Below are positions 11,196 through 23,100 of a DNA stretch of 64,000 nucleotides, in pieces. Position 1 is the first letter of the stretch. Each line of letters begins with the position of its first letter. The notes under the pieces are model-generated. The model was not told the origin of the DNA. It saw only the letters and a list, made by a program, of their open reading frames with translations, and did not search any database. Made by a program: the position numbers and the translations under genes. Source of the stretch: Hormiphora californensis (taxonomy: Eukaryota > Animalia > Ctenophora); contig CM035354.1 in assembly GCA_020137815.1 (NCBI GenBank), positions 2,852,001 through 2,916,000 of the forward strand, read 5' to 3'.

Positions 11196-13410
11196 TCACT
11201 TTGGACATGTCCAGGAACTTTCCTTTCCATCCAACATTTCTTTGACCTGTGTGGGGGGGGGGGGGTTCCAACCTATTTCTTGTATGTTTGTACGGAAAAA
11301 ACAGGGCTTTCCTCAAACAAAAAAATACAAAAAAATACAAAAAAATACAAAAAAGTACAAAAAAATACAAAAAAATAAAAACAGTTTTATATGGTAATTT
11401 ACCATTATTGTTCGAACTTTTACTGTTTTTAAACATTCTTCCACGCTATTTCACGCAATATATGTAGCATGCCAAAATCGCGAGAGAAATTTCCCCGAAT
11501 CGCAATTTCTTACCGAGAAAATTTTCTCGAATCGTATTTTCTAAGCGAGAGATTTCCCCGAATCGCAATTTCTTACCGAGAAAATTTTCTCGAATCGAAT
11601 TTTCTAAGCGAGAAATTTCCCCGAATCGCAATTTCTTACCGAGAAAATTTTCCCGAATCGTATTTTCTAAGCGAGAAATTTCCCCGAATCGCAATTTCTT
11701 ACCGAGAAAATTTTCTCGAATCGTATTTTCTAAGCGAGAAATTTCCCCGAATCGCAATTTCTTACCGAGAAAATTTTCTCGAATCGTATTTTCTAAGCGA
11801 GAAATTTCCCCGAATCGCAATTTCTTACCGAGAAAATTTTCTTGAATCGTTTTTTCTAAGCGAGAAATTTCCCCGAATCGCAATTTCTTACCGAGAAAAT
11901 TTTCTCGAATCGTATTTTCTAAGCGAGAAATTTCCCCGAATCGCAATTTCTTACCGAGAAAATTTTCTCGAATCGTATTTTCTAAGCGAGAAATTTCCCC
12001 GAATCGCAATTTCTTACCGAGAAAATTTTCTCGAATCGTATTTTCTAAGCGAGAAATTTCCCCGAATCGCAATTTCTTACCGTGAAAATTGTCTCGAATC
12101 GTATTTTCTAAGCGAGAAATTTCCTCGAATCGCAATTTCTTACCGAGAAAATTTTCTCGAATCGTATTTTCTAAGCGAGAAATTTCTCCAAATCGCAATT
12201 TCTTACCGAGAAAATTTTCTCGAATCGTATTTTCTAAGCGAGAAATTTCCCCGAATCGCAATTTCTTACCGAGAAAATTTTCCCGAATCGTATTTTCTAA
12301 GCGAGAAATTTCCCCGAATCGCAATTTCTTACCGAGAAAATTTTCTCGAATCGTATTTTCTAAGCGAGAAATTTCCCCGAATCGCAATTTCTTACCGAGA
12401 AAATTTTCTCGAATCGTATTTTCTAAGCGAGAAATTTCCCCGAATCGCAATTTCTTACCGAGAAAATTTTCCCGAATCGTATTTTCTAAGCGAGAAATTT
12501 CCCCGAATCGCAATTTCTTACCGTGAAAATTGTCTCGAATCGTATTTTCTAAGCGAGAAATTTCCTCGAATCGCAATTTCTTACCGAGAAAATTTTCTCG
12601 AATCGTATTTTCTAAGCGAGAAATTTCTCCAAATCGCAATTTCTTACCGAGAAAATTTTCTCGAATCGTATTTTCTAAGCGAGAAATTTTCCCGAATCGC
12701 AATTTCTTACCGAGAAAATTTTCTCGAATCGTATTTTCTAAGCGAGAAATTTCCCCGAATCGCAATTTCTTACCGTTTATGTATAGCTGGGTTCCGTTTA
12801 TGTTCATGTACATGTATTATTTATACTTTTTTCACGCACCCACATCCTTCATTATTTTTTTGTATTTTTTTGTATTTTTTTGTATTGTTTGTATGGAAAA
12901 AAACAGGAATTTTGGATACTTTCATGTATGGTCCGTACAAAAAAATACAAAAAAATACAAAAAAATACAAAAAAATACAAAAAAATAGGTTGGAACCCCC
13001 CCCCTGTGTGTTTCTGTAGTCCCGGTAACACCTGTGCTGATTCTCATGAAATGAGTAACCGCCTATCTTGTTCCAGTAGAAGGAGTGGCCCTTCCCTGAA
13101 AGGGGGAGGGAAGGTCGAACAAGGAAATACCGTACAAAAGAGACACACAAACAGGAATTAGTATTTGGGGGGGGGGGGGGGTCCTGCCGCAAGAATCTCA
13201 TGCCTCATTGGCGATTTTCAGGGTAGCTGAGAGTTTTGTTAACACAGGACACCTACCAGTGTCGTAGTAGGTAGATGAGGTTTTCCCTGTGTCTGTACTC
13301 TTGTTACTATAGGAGTATGAGCCATCACTATATAAGATATAGTGATTTCCTTTACTGTTGATAGCCTTTTTCACTACCTCTTTCCCCGGTACGGGACCCG
13401 TACCGGACAT
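11196..13410 (-). CDS. Small Tyr/Ser/Asn-rich protein, single unit (paralog A), last exon interrupted by a TIR element
   Basis: Exon 13410-13257 (MSGTGPVPGKEVVKKAINSKGNHYILYSDGSYSYSNKSTDTGKTSSTYYDTG) has the same intron position as paralog B. Exon from 13095 reads KGHSFYWNKIGGYSFHENQHRCYRDYRNTQ. Removing the element and one TSD restores ..RNTQVKEMLDGKESSWTCPK* (stop 11198-11196). Confidence 0.7.
11254..13002. mobile_element. Non-autonomous DNA transposon with G-run TIRs and an 8-bp TSD, carrying an internal satellite (Merlin- or Mutator-like)
   Basis: TIR (g)nttccaacctattt ... aaataggttggaa(c)n. TSD cctgtgtg at 11246-11253 and 13003-13010. Subterminal (aaaaaaatac)n tracts. Confidence 0.85.
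11480..12775. repeat. 63-bp satellite (~20.5 copies; dimer of 31+32-bp subunits) inside the TIR element
   Basis: Unit gcgagaaatttccccgaatcgcaatttcttaccgagaaaattttctcgaatcgtattttctaa. A variant block recurs at 12081 and 12522 (441 bp = 7 units). Confidence 0.95.
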
Positions 13411-13574
13411 GCTGATATGTTGCTATGGAAACCATTGTGTTTATTATCTTATTCAACAAATAAAACCAGTAAAAGAAACTATCTGAGTTTTTAAAAAATA
13501 ATTCAAATAGTAAATATAAATCTTCACCACCACTTACAATTCCCAAACTAACCCAATCCATGAAAACTAACTAA

Positions 13575-13757
13575 CACGGTCGCTTGTAGTGGGAAAACGG
13601 TAATGGAAAACGGAGATACAGTAAGACGACACGCAACCGTGACCAATCAGGGCGCTAGTACGTGCTGAACACATGCACTTTTTGCCGCACGTTATGCAAC
13701 GTGTGCGTCTCCTTACTGTATTTCCATTACAGTAATACGACTACAAGCAGCACTGTA
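13575..13757 (+). mobile_element. ~180-bp interspersed repeat (family B)
   Basis: cgcttgtagtgggaaaacggtaatggaaaacggagatacagtaagacgac...actacaagcagcactg. Near-identical copies at ~25068-25250 (reverse) and ~57518-57696. Confidence 0.85.
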
Positions 13758-13801
13758 ATACTCAATCTTCATATCTCTAACAGTCCACTGTCCACCAATC
13801 C

Positions 13802-15284
13802 TCAATCCTCGTCATCGGATAAAGAACTAGACTCCACCTCCTCTTCTCTCTGCGGTTTCTTGAATTTCACCACAATTGCTGGGTTGGTGGGAGAGCTCCG
13901 AATCTTAACGACCTCCGTGTCACCATCTTCCTCCTCCTCCACCTCTTCCTGGGGGACGTCATCATCTTCTAGAGGGACCTCATCTTCTGCTGCTGTAGAT
14001 CTGTATGGAGATCGGGAGGTTGTATTACACCAGGAACCGACCGAAACAAGTAAACAACCAATCAGAACTCGTCATTTAGGTCACGTGACTGGTTACCAGC
14101 CAATCAGGGACCAGTAATTCCTGATTCGGTCGGTTCCTGTATTACACCACTGTAAATGACACGTAAATTACAAAAGTTACCAAAGTTTAAAATCTTCATT
14201 TGAAAAGTGTTACCTGCACGCGGTGGACGCCGCGTGGAGTACAGCAACGTGTTGTTTTGTAAACATCCTATCACATCCCTTATTAGGGCATGGCCACACC
14301 CTCGCCTTAGCGAACCCCTCGCAGTCCATGTTTTTGTGCTTGGTCAAATGGGATTTCTTGTTGAACGATGCCTTGCAAAAGTTACACTTCCATGCCTTCG
14401 CCTGCAGTTTAGTTGAAAGTTGTTAGGGAATAGCCAATAATTTAATATATTTGACACTCAGTTCTTGAGTTGAACTAAAAGGTAGCTCACTGGGGTCTGA
14501 GATGGTTAGTTTTCAATTTATTTTACCTCATGCTCCTCATTATCCTCACAATCAGATATGATGGATGAGGGTACAACTGTACTTCTCAAAGAGGATGGTG
14601 GCGGGGGTGGTGCTACCTCGGCCGGCTTTGGAGGGTTCAGTTTAGGACGTTTTCGGGTGGTCGATTGTTCTTCCTTCTTATCTGAACAAGTAACTGGTTA
14701 TGAATTACTGCTAGGAACCGACCGAATCAGCAAATACTGGTCCCTGATTGGCTGATAACCAGTCACGTGACCTAAATAACGAGTTCTGATTGGTTGTTTA
14801 CTTGTTTCGGTCGGTTCCTGATTACTGCCAAACTGGATCATGATTTACCGGACTAAATCATGTTCCGGGTTTGGGGAAACAAAGTTAAATAAACAGCCGG
14901 ATATATTCATATTATTAACAAATTAATTAATTAATTAATTATATTCAATAGTATCCAACACTCGTGACTACCTTGTTGCATGTGTCCTATGATATCCTTC
15001 ATATCAGGTTTACTGTACATCATGTTATCAATCTTTCCATAACAATCCTCGCTCCACCTCTTACTCAACGTCACTCCACCTGTACCTTTACCCGCCATTC
15101 TACACGTCACGGCTCTCCGTTTCTGGTTATCCGAGTGTACGGTGAGGGCGTAGTCGTCCTTCCCCAGAAAGAGGACAGAATCAGGGTTAATGTCAGATGG
15201 GAAACCCCACGTGGTGGTAATGTCAACCTCCCTTATCATCTTGGGAGGGTGGACCACTTGGTGGTGGTCTGGTGATGTCGTCAT
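13802..15284 (-). CDS. Zinc-finger protein, 284 aa, two C2HC-type fingers and an acidic C-terminus
   Basis: Exons 15284-14972, 14681-14527, 14401-14214, 14000-13802 total 855 nt with consistent phases. Fingers WKCNFCKASFNKKSHLTKHKNMDC and WPCPNKGCDRMFTKQHVAVLHAASTAC. NLS-like RKRPK. Confidence 0.8.
14031..14139 (+). mobile_element. hAT-like MITE family A, intronic
   Basis: TIR caggaaccgaccga/tcggtcggttcctg with a perfect 8-bp TSD tattacac. Confidence 0.92.
14712..14820 (-). mobile_element. hAT-like MITE family A, intronic
   Basis: TIR taggaaccgaccga/tcggtcggttcctg with a perfect 8-bp TSD attactgc. Confidence 0.92.
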
Positions 15285-15523
15285 GATCCTTATTTGGGTA
15301 AATGGCTGGTTCAAGAATCTAGATTTTTGTAAGGTAGCCCCCGAACAAATAAAAATGTTCAACAAAACTCCAACATGTAGATGGAAAAATTGTATAAAAT
15401 CTGGAAATGATAACATAAAAACATTTTAAAGGACAGAGGCAAGTTTAAAATTATTCTTGTCAATAAATTTTAGTGTCTCAAACATAAAAATACCAATTTG
15501 AAAACCTATGAAAACAAGGTATA

Positions 15524-16493
15524 TTAAACCCTATTTCCCATTTGAAAGTCCATTTTCCGGCTTAATTCCACTGCCTCCTTCGAACCTTTGACAACATCTT
15601 CATATGCCTTCTTCCGGAGGGTCATTGAAATCAGCGCTTTCTCCCCCACACCAAGGGACAACAACGCCCGGGTGAGTTTGTTAAACGCCCAGGGATAATC
15701 AACATCTGCTGGACGAGTCACTGCACAGGAAGCCATGAGACGCCCAGTTTCCTCCAAATCACCCTTCATCCACCCTGGAAGACCTGCGATTTCGTGAGCT
15801 ACAAGAACCTTTGTTTCTTTAGTCAGGACAAGCCCAAGGGAGAATATAGTGACTGTCACAGGGGACTTTTTCAGCAACAATTCTTGTTGAAGAGATTTGT
15901 AGAAACCGTTGAGGGCGTGCTTGGTAGAGGACATAGAGACCAGTCTTATAAAATGGGAGGATTCCTGACATTGAATTTGTTACGTGGATCTGACCAGATG
16001 AAATCTCGAGAACCGGCATGAACAATCGTGTTAGTTCTATAAAACTTAGAACATTGATATTGAATACTCGTTCATTAAAACTGGGTGACTGTTGTTTAGG
16101 ATCGGAGAGCCAGGGAGAGGCGGGCTTGGCAGCGTGATTCAATAACAGTACGTCGATAGTAGGATGGATAGCAAAGATCTTCCTAGCATAGTCCTCCATT
16201 TCTTCAACCTTAGAGAAGTCCTGGAGGACAACATCAACTGACTGAGCCCCCTCACACTTTCTCTTCACATTGAGCAGCTTCTCCTCACTCCGTGCACTTA
16301 GAACCAACTTAGCACCAGCCCGGGCATATTGGTAAGCAGTCTCCTCACCGATTCCTGATGAGGCCCCACAGATCACAACAACTTTACCCTTCAGAGATGA
16401 TTTCAGCTCTTCGTCCGATAGCACAGTGTTTCTTGAGTAGTATATCGCTACTGCCAGGACAACCAGTGATAATAAAAACAATTTCTTACCCAT
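15524..16493 (-). CDS. Intronless short-chain dehydrogenase/reductase (HSD11B1/DHRS7-like) with an apparent 1-nt frameshift
   Basis: N-terminal signal anchor MGKKLFLLSLVVLAVAIYY. Cofactor motif VVICGASSGIG, plus LSARSEEKL and DVLLLNHA. The catalytic Y-SST-K is split between two ORFs by an extra G at 15932. Confidence 0.85.
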
Positions 16494-17199
16494 TGTAAAA
16501 CTACCTGTCGTGAGTAGGATTAAATTTTGAAAATCAAAAAGGTGGAAAATGCTCGAATTGTTCAATCCACGTTGGACGAGGCGTTCAGCTTTGAATGATT
16601 GCCCCGTTGGCATGGCATACACCGCAGCGACCGTAAAAAATGGTCGCACTAGGGAATCAGAGCTCAATAATTTTCAAAATTCGAATTTCGAAGTTGAAAA
16701 TTTTAAAAAAGATTTAAAAAAATTAAATTTTTTTTTCAACTTCAAAAACGCGGACGACTTTTAATATAATTCGGCGCGCGCATCCAGTTGTCTGCGCGGT
16801 TTTGATTTGCGCGCACCAATAAAGCTCTGGCAAGGACCTTCGGGTTGTATTGCTCAATTTCAAAATTACGTTAAGAAATAATGCATAAAAACGAATATAT
16901 TTAGAATAATATCAGCTGGTCAGCAAAGAAAAATCAATCATATGTTAATTTTACAGTTGGACCCATATATGGCCATTTCACAGTGAAATTCACGGTAAAT
17001 TTCACCCTGTCCGGCGGCGCCGACCCGAATTGAACGCACTGCCATTGTCGTTCATTGACAAAACAAATCAATGTAAATCGGGGTTCGACCGCGGTACTAC
17101 GGGTACTACAAGAGTTCTACTACAGAGTTCATCATTTTACGAACATTGTCCTCATTATGTTCTAAGACAAGGCAACACCGTCCTGTCTGTGTTTTCATC

Positions 17200-20100
17200 G
17201 TTAACATCATTGGATTTCCTCTCCTTTCTCGGCCACATTTCCATTCGCAGCCCCAAATGCGTCCTGTTTGTTGTCTTCCTGTGGAGGTAAATCATATGTA
17301 CTTTGAACAATAGCTTATTGCTTGTTTTAAGAAACAGAATTCAAAACAGCGCCCAGCGTCGCCAGGCAACAGTTGATACAATATTCTAACTTACCATAGT
17401 GGTTATTGAATCAGTGACGGTTGGAGGAAGGGTCTTCATGGGTGTCAGGGCTGAGAGGAAGGTCGCAAGAAAAGCAAATACAGCGTAACTAACAAACAAC
17501 CAATGTCTGCGAGGAGGAAATGTTTATTTATAACTGGTTTATAACTGTTGAATGTGTTTATTACTAGGGTAGGTAGCCCATGATTGCCCATAGCAACCAT
17601 ATTATATTGGTAACCATGGCAGCTCACCATAGCAACCATAACTCACCTTGATGACCCCTCGAAGTTGTTGGCAAGTCCGGATGAAGCGTAACTTCCAATC
17701 CGTGCCAGCACCTGACACACGCTAAACACCCGGCCCCGGTGAGTGGTGGGAATCAACTCAAAGGTGAAGATGTAGATGGTACTGAAGGTAGCTGATGTGA
17801 AGATGTAACCCAGAACAGCAACTAGGACCAGTGGGGGAAGGGGAATGAAGGGGTGGAGGGGCGCCCTCGATCTAGGGACAAACAAGCATACCACAAACAT
17901 TATACCACCTGAAGTAGTAGTGTATGTAATAATCGCAGAATTAATAAAATGTCTCATAAAACTGCATAAATCAGTGAAATTTGAAAAACTCGGACCACCA
18001 CCTATACCAAGAGAGCAGGAGAGAGAAGTAGCCCATTTCGTGCCCAGGAGATACTGTGTTGGGACCGCCAGGACAACACCAATTAAATTACTGATAGCTG
18101 TGGAAGGAACATGTTTCATGGTAAGTGGGTCAAGTTGCGTGTTATAGTGTGTTTACGTACTCAGTGCTGTAAATGTAATTCTGGTTTGTTCCTGCTTTTG
18201 ACTGTTAATTATAGAGCACCAAAATATATGCTAAACTATGTTTCTGTGTTTCTCTTTATAATCGCTCTGTCGATTAAGCACTATCGGTATTTCATTCATG
18301 TATTTAGTGTCGTCACCGTGTAAACTATTATAACCCACCGAATATGAGGGAATCATGTCCAATGATTGCATCGCCAATAACGAAATCAGTAAACCCATAG
18401 TAAAGGGAGGAGATTGTGAACCAAATCGCTGACAGGATAGCCACCTGGGCAATAAACCTCCTGATAAGAGATAGTTTTTATGAGTTTCTTCAGCTGGTTT
18501 GTTTGTGTGTTTGTTAGTGTATTTGTTTGTTTGTGTGTTTGTTTGTGTGTTTGTTTTGTGTTTGTTTGTGATTGATTGTTTACGGCTGGCATGGTATTAG
18601 TATTACAAATTACGTATTACATATTACCAATGGTAATACTTAGTTATTAGTAATATATTAGTAATATTAATTTAGGGGCCCCCGATTTAGTGGCACCCCG
18701 ATTTAGGGACAGGATTTTTTTCCCCGATATAGGAAATTAACCTTATTTGACCCCGATTTAGTGGACACCCCGATTTAGTGGACAAGAGCCTTTCCCCCGA
18801 GGATGTCCCTAAATCGGGATCCGACTGTAGTATATTCCTTTCCTTTCCAGCTGCAGTACACATGCAATAAACTCACGGTCTCTGTTTTATGAGGGTGATT
18901 GGGTTGTTACAAGAGGGAAGAGAATTGGCCTCATTTCCCGGAATTGTAAAGGGAAGTCTTGTTAGATCTTTAATGATATCCATCGTGATAGCTGCCTCAT
19001 CAGTCCTACCTGATACAATATATTATGTTGAACATACAGCTGATACAACATGTTGAGAATACACCTGATTACCCTGACAGCGCAAATCGCTATGACTGAC
19101 CTTTTCTCCGCTCGTAGAGAATTAGAATAATTAAATATATTTGCGTGATACCTGGCAGAGATTACCAACCCAGTCCAAGTTATAATTAATTGACTAATTA
19201 AGTTTCTCCATGATATAAAATAGAGACCTACCAAGAGAGTAAAGAAGAAAGTGGGGAGAATCGGGTCCTAGAAGAATAGCTAAGGTAGATAGAATGAGAA
19301 GGAGTCCCGTCAAACAGAGCAGAATTACCCAACTGAAACGGATGTTTGTTTGTTTGTTTGTTTGTTTGTTTGTTTGTTTGTTTGTTTGTTTGTTTGTTTG
19401 TTTGTTTGTTTGTTTGTTTGTTTGTTTGTTTGTTTGTTTGTTTGTTTGTTTGTTTGTTTGTTTGTTTGTTTGTTTGTTTGTTTGTTTGTTTGTTTGTTTG
19501 TTTGTTTGTTTGTTTGTTTGTTTGTTTGTTTGTTTGTTTGTTTGTTTGTTTGTTTGTTTGTTTGTTTGTTTGTTTGTTTGTTTGTTTGTTTGTTGGGTTT
19601 GTTTGTTGGGTTTGTTTGTTTGTTTGTTTGTTTGTTTGTTTGTTTGTTGGGTTTGTTTGTTGGGTTTGTTTGTTGGGTTTGTTTGTTGGGTTTGTTTGTT
19701 GGGTTTGTTTGTTTGTTTGTTTGTTTGTTTGTTTGTTTGTTTGTTTGTTTGTTTGTTTGTTTGTTTGTTTGTTTGTTTGTTTGTTTGTCCATTTGTCCAT
19801 TTGTTTGTCCATTTGTTTGTCCATTTGTTTGTTTGTTTGTTTGTTTGTTTGTTTGTTACTCACTCCTGGCACATCCTAAACAACAGCAACTCCAGGGCTG
19901 ATCCACCACTCCACATGCACATAAACAGACAGGTAATTGGGTTCTTTAGTCGAGGTGGGGTAATCTCCAGGAGATAGATAAATGTACCAGACAGGTACAC
20001 CAGTTGGGAGAATCCTGAAGGAGCCGGGAGTTGAGTAACCATAGCAACCATATTATAGGGGAGTTGAGTAAGTGGTGAGACTCAATACAAGGAGGGGATC

Positions 20101-23100
20101 AGTTAGGAACAGATGAAAGGATGGGGAGGGAGGTTACTCAACGAGTGGGGGGTACAAAAAGCAATTTTCATATCACTGCACAATTACAATTGCTTTTGAT
20201 TATATTTCACATCTTGGGATTCATCTGATAGTATCAGAATCGCAAGATGTGGAACATATAATCAAAATGAACTTTATTTTGAGAAATTGGCAACGTGTGG
20301 GTTCAGAACCCAATTTACAATCCAAAATGACTTTTGATACGAATGTTATCTCCCAGATCAGGTAGAGAATGGGGGCCCTCTCTCACTCTCTCTACTTGAT
20401 CTAGAATTGATCTACCTTGTCTCCCTGAACGCAGATATAACATATTGAGCACAGCTTGCTGTATATTTTTGGGCACAATAATTTTCTGTGAAGAACACCT
20501 TGCACCAAATGAAGACAACAATTTAAGCTCCAGATGAGTTTTTTCACACTTTTTACTACCATGAATTTGGGAAACTCACCTTGAATGAACCGGAAGGAGA
20601 TGAGGTATAGGGGTGAAGGGGAGAAGGCGGGAATTTGGGAAACTCACCTTGAATGAACCGGAAGGAGATGAGGTATAGGGGTGAAGGGGAGAAGGCGGGA
20701 ATTTGGGAAACTCACCTTGAATGAACCGGAAGGAGATGAGGTATAGGGGTGAAGGGGAGAAGGCGGGAATTTGGGAAACTCACCTTGAATGAACCGGAAG
20801 GAGATGAGGTATAGGGGTGAAGGGGAGAAGGCGGGAATTTGGGAAACTCACCTTGAATGAACCGGAAGGAGATGAGGTATAGGGGTGAAGGGGAGAAGGC
20901 GGGAATTTGGGAAACTCACCTTGAATGAACCGGAAGGAGATGAGGTATAGGGGTGAAGGGGAGAAGGCGGGAATTTGGGAAACTCACCTTGAATGAACCG
21001 GAAGGAGATGAGTTATAGGGGTGAAGGGGAGAAGGCGGGAATTTGGGAATCTCACCTTGAATGAACCGGAAGGAGATGAGGTATAGGGGTGAAGGGGAGA
21101 AGGCGGGAATTTGGGAAACTCACCTTGAATGAACCGGAAGGAGATGAGGTATAGGGGTGAAGGGGAGAAGGCGGGAATTTGGGAAACTCACCTTGAATGA
21201 ACCGGAAGGAGATGAGGTATAGGGGTGAAGGGGAGAAGGCGGGAATTTGGGGAACTCACCTTGAATGAACCGGAAGGAAATGAGGTATAGGGGTGAAGGG
21301 GAGAAGGCGGGAATTTGGGAAACTCATCTTGAATGAACCGGAAGGAGATGAGGTATAGGAGTGAAGGGGAGAAGGCGGGAATTTGGGAAACTCACCTTGA
21401 ATGAACCGGAAGGAAATGAGGTCTAGGGGTGAAGGGGAGAAGGCGGGAATTTGGGAAACTCACCTTGAATGAACCGGAAGGAGATGAGGTATAGGGGTGA
21501 CGGGGAGAAGGCGGGAATTTGGGAAACTCACCTTGAATGAACCGGAAGGAAATGAGGTATAGGGGTGAAGGGGAGAAGGCGGGAATTTGGGAAACTCACC
21601 TTGAATGAACCGGAAGGAGATGAGGTATAGGGGAGAAGGGGAGAAGGTGGGAATTTGGGAAACTCACCTTGAATGAACCGGAAGGAGATGAGGTATAGGG
21701 GTGAAGGGGAGAAGGCGGGAATTTGGGAAACTCACCTTGAATGAACCGGAAGGAGATGAGGTATAGGGGTGAAGGGGAGAAGGCGGGAATTTGGGAAACT
21801 CACCTTGAATGAACCGGAAGGAGATGAGGTATAGGGGTGAAGGGGAGAAGGTGGGAATTTGGGAAACTCACCTTGAATGAACCGGAAGGAAATGAGGTAT
21901 AGGGGTGAAGGGGAGAAGGCGGGAATTTGGGAAACTCACCTTGAATGAACCGGAAGGAGATGAGGTATAGGGGTGAAGGGGAGAAGGCGGGAATTTGGAA
22001 AACTCACCTTGAATGAACCGGAAGGAAATGAGGTATAGGGGTGAAGGGGAGAAGGCGGGAATTTGGGAAACTCACCTTGAATGAACCGGAAGGAGATGAG
22101 GTATAGGGGTGAAGGGGAGAAGGTGGGAATTTGGGAAACTCACCTTGAATGAACCGGAAGGAGATGAGGTATAGGGGTGAAGGGGAGAAGGCCGAGAAGA
22201 AGGTAAATGAAATGGAAACCACCAGTGCTGCCAGTGCTGACGTTCTACGGCCAAAGTAGTCAAACGCAAACCTATAGGATATGAGAACAGAATATGACAA
22301 CAGGATATGACAACAACATTCTGTTGTCATGACAACAACATTCTGTCGTCATGACAACAACACTGATCTGTCGTCATGACAACAACATTCTGTCGTCATG
22401 ACAACAACATTCTGTCGTCATGACAACAACACTCTGTCGTCATGACAACAACATTCTGTCATTATGACAGCAAAATTCTGTCGTCATGACAACAACATTA
22501 TGTCGTCATGACAAAAACATTCTGTCGTCATTACAACAACATTATGTCGTCATTACAACAACATTATGTCGTCATGACAACAATATTCTGTTGTCATGAC
22601 AACAACATTCTGTCGTCATGACAACAACACTGATCTGTCGTCATGACAACAACATTCTGTCGTCATGACAACAACATTCTGTCGTCATGACAACAACACT
22701 CTGTCGTCATGACAACAACATTCTGTCGTTATGACAGCAAAATTCTGTCGTCATGACAACAACATTCTGTCGTCATGACAAAAACATTCTGTCGTCATTA
22801 CAACAACATTATGTCGTCATTACAACAACATTATGTCGTCATGACAACAATATTCTGTCGTCATGACAACAACATTCTCTCGTCATGACAACAACATTAT
22901 GTCGTCATTACAACAACATTCTGTCGTCATGACAACAACATTCTGTCGTCATGACAACAACACTCTGTCGTCATGACAACAACATTCTGTCGTCATGACA
23001 ACAACATTCTGTCGTCATGACAACAACATTCTGTCGTCATGACAACAACACTCTGTCGTCATGACAGCAACATTCTGTCGTTATGACAGCAACATTCTGT

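Noticed and set aside
11446-13019. 455-aa and 516-aa repeat ORFs on opposite strands
   Set aside because: They result from a 63-bp stop-free satellite inside a TIR element. No domain or splice support.
19228-19977. Long ORFs of KQTN/FVCL repeats
   Set aside because: Translations of a (GTTT)n microsatellite.
20565-22192. CRISPR-like appearance of regular arrays (also 11480-12775 and 61490-62025)
   Set aside because: No unique spacers, no cas genes, and a eukaryotic context.
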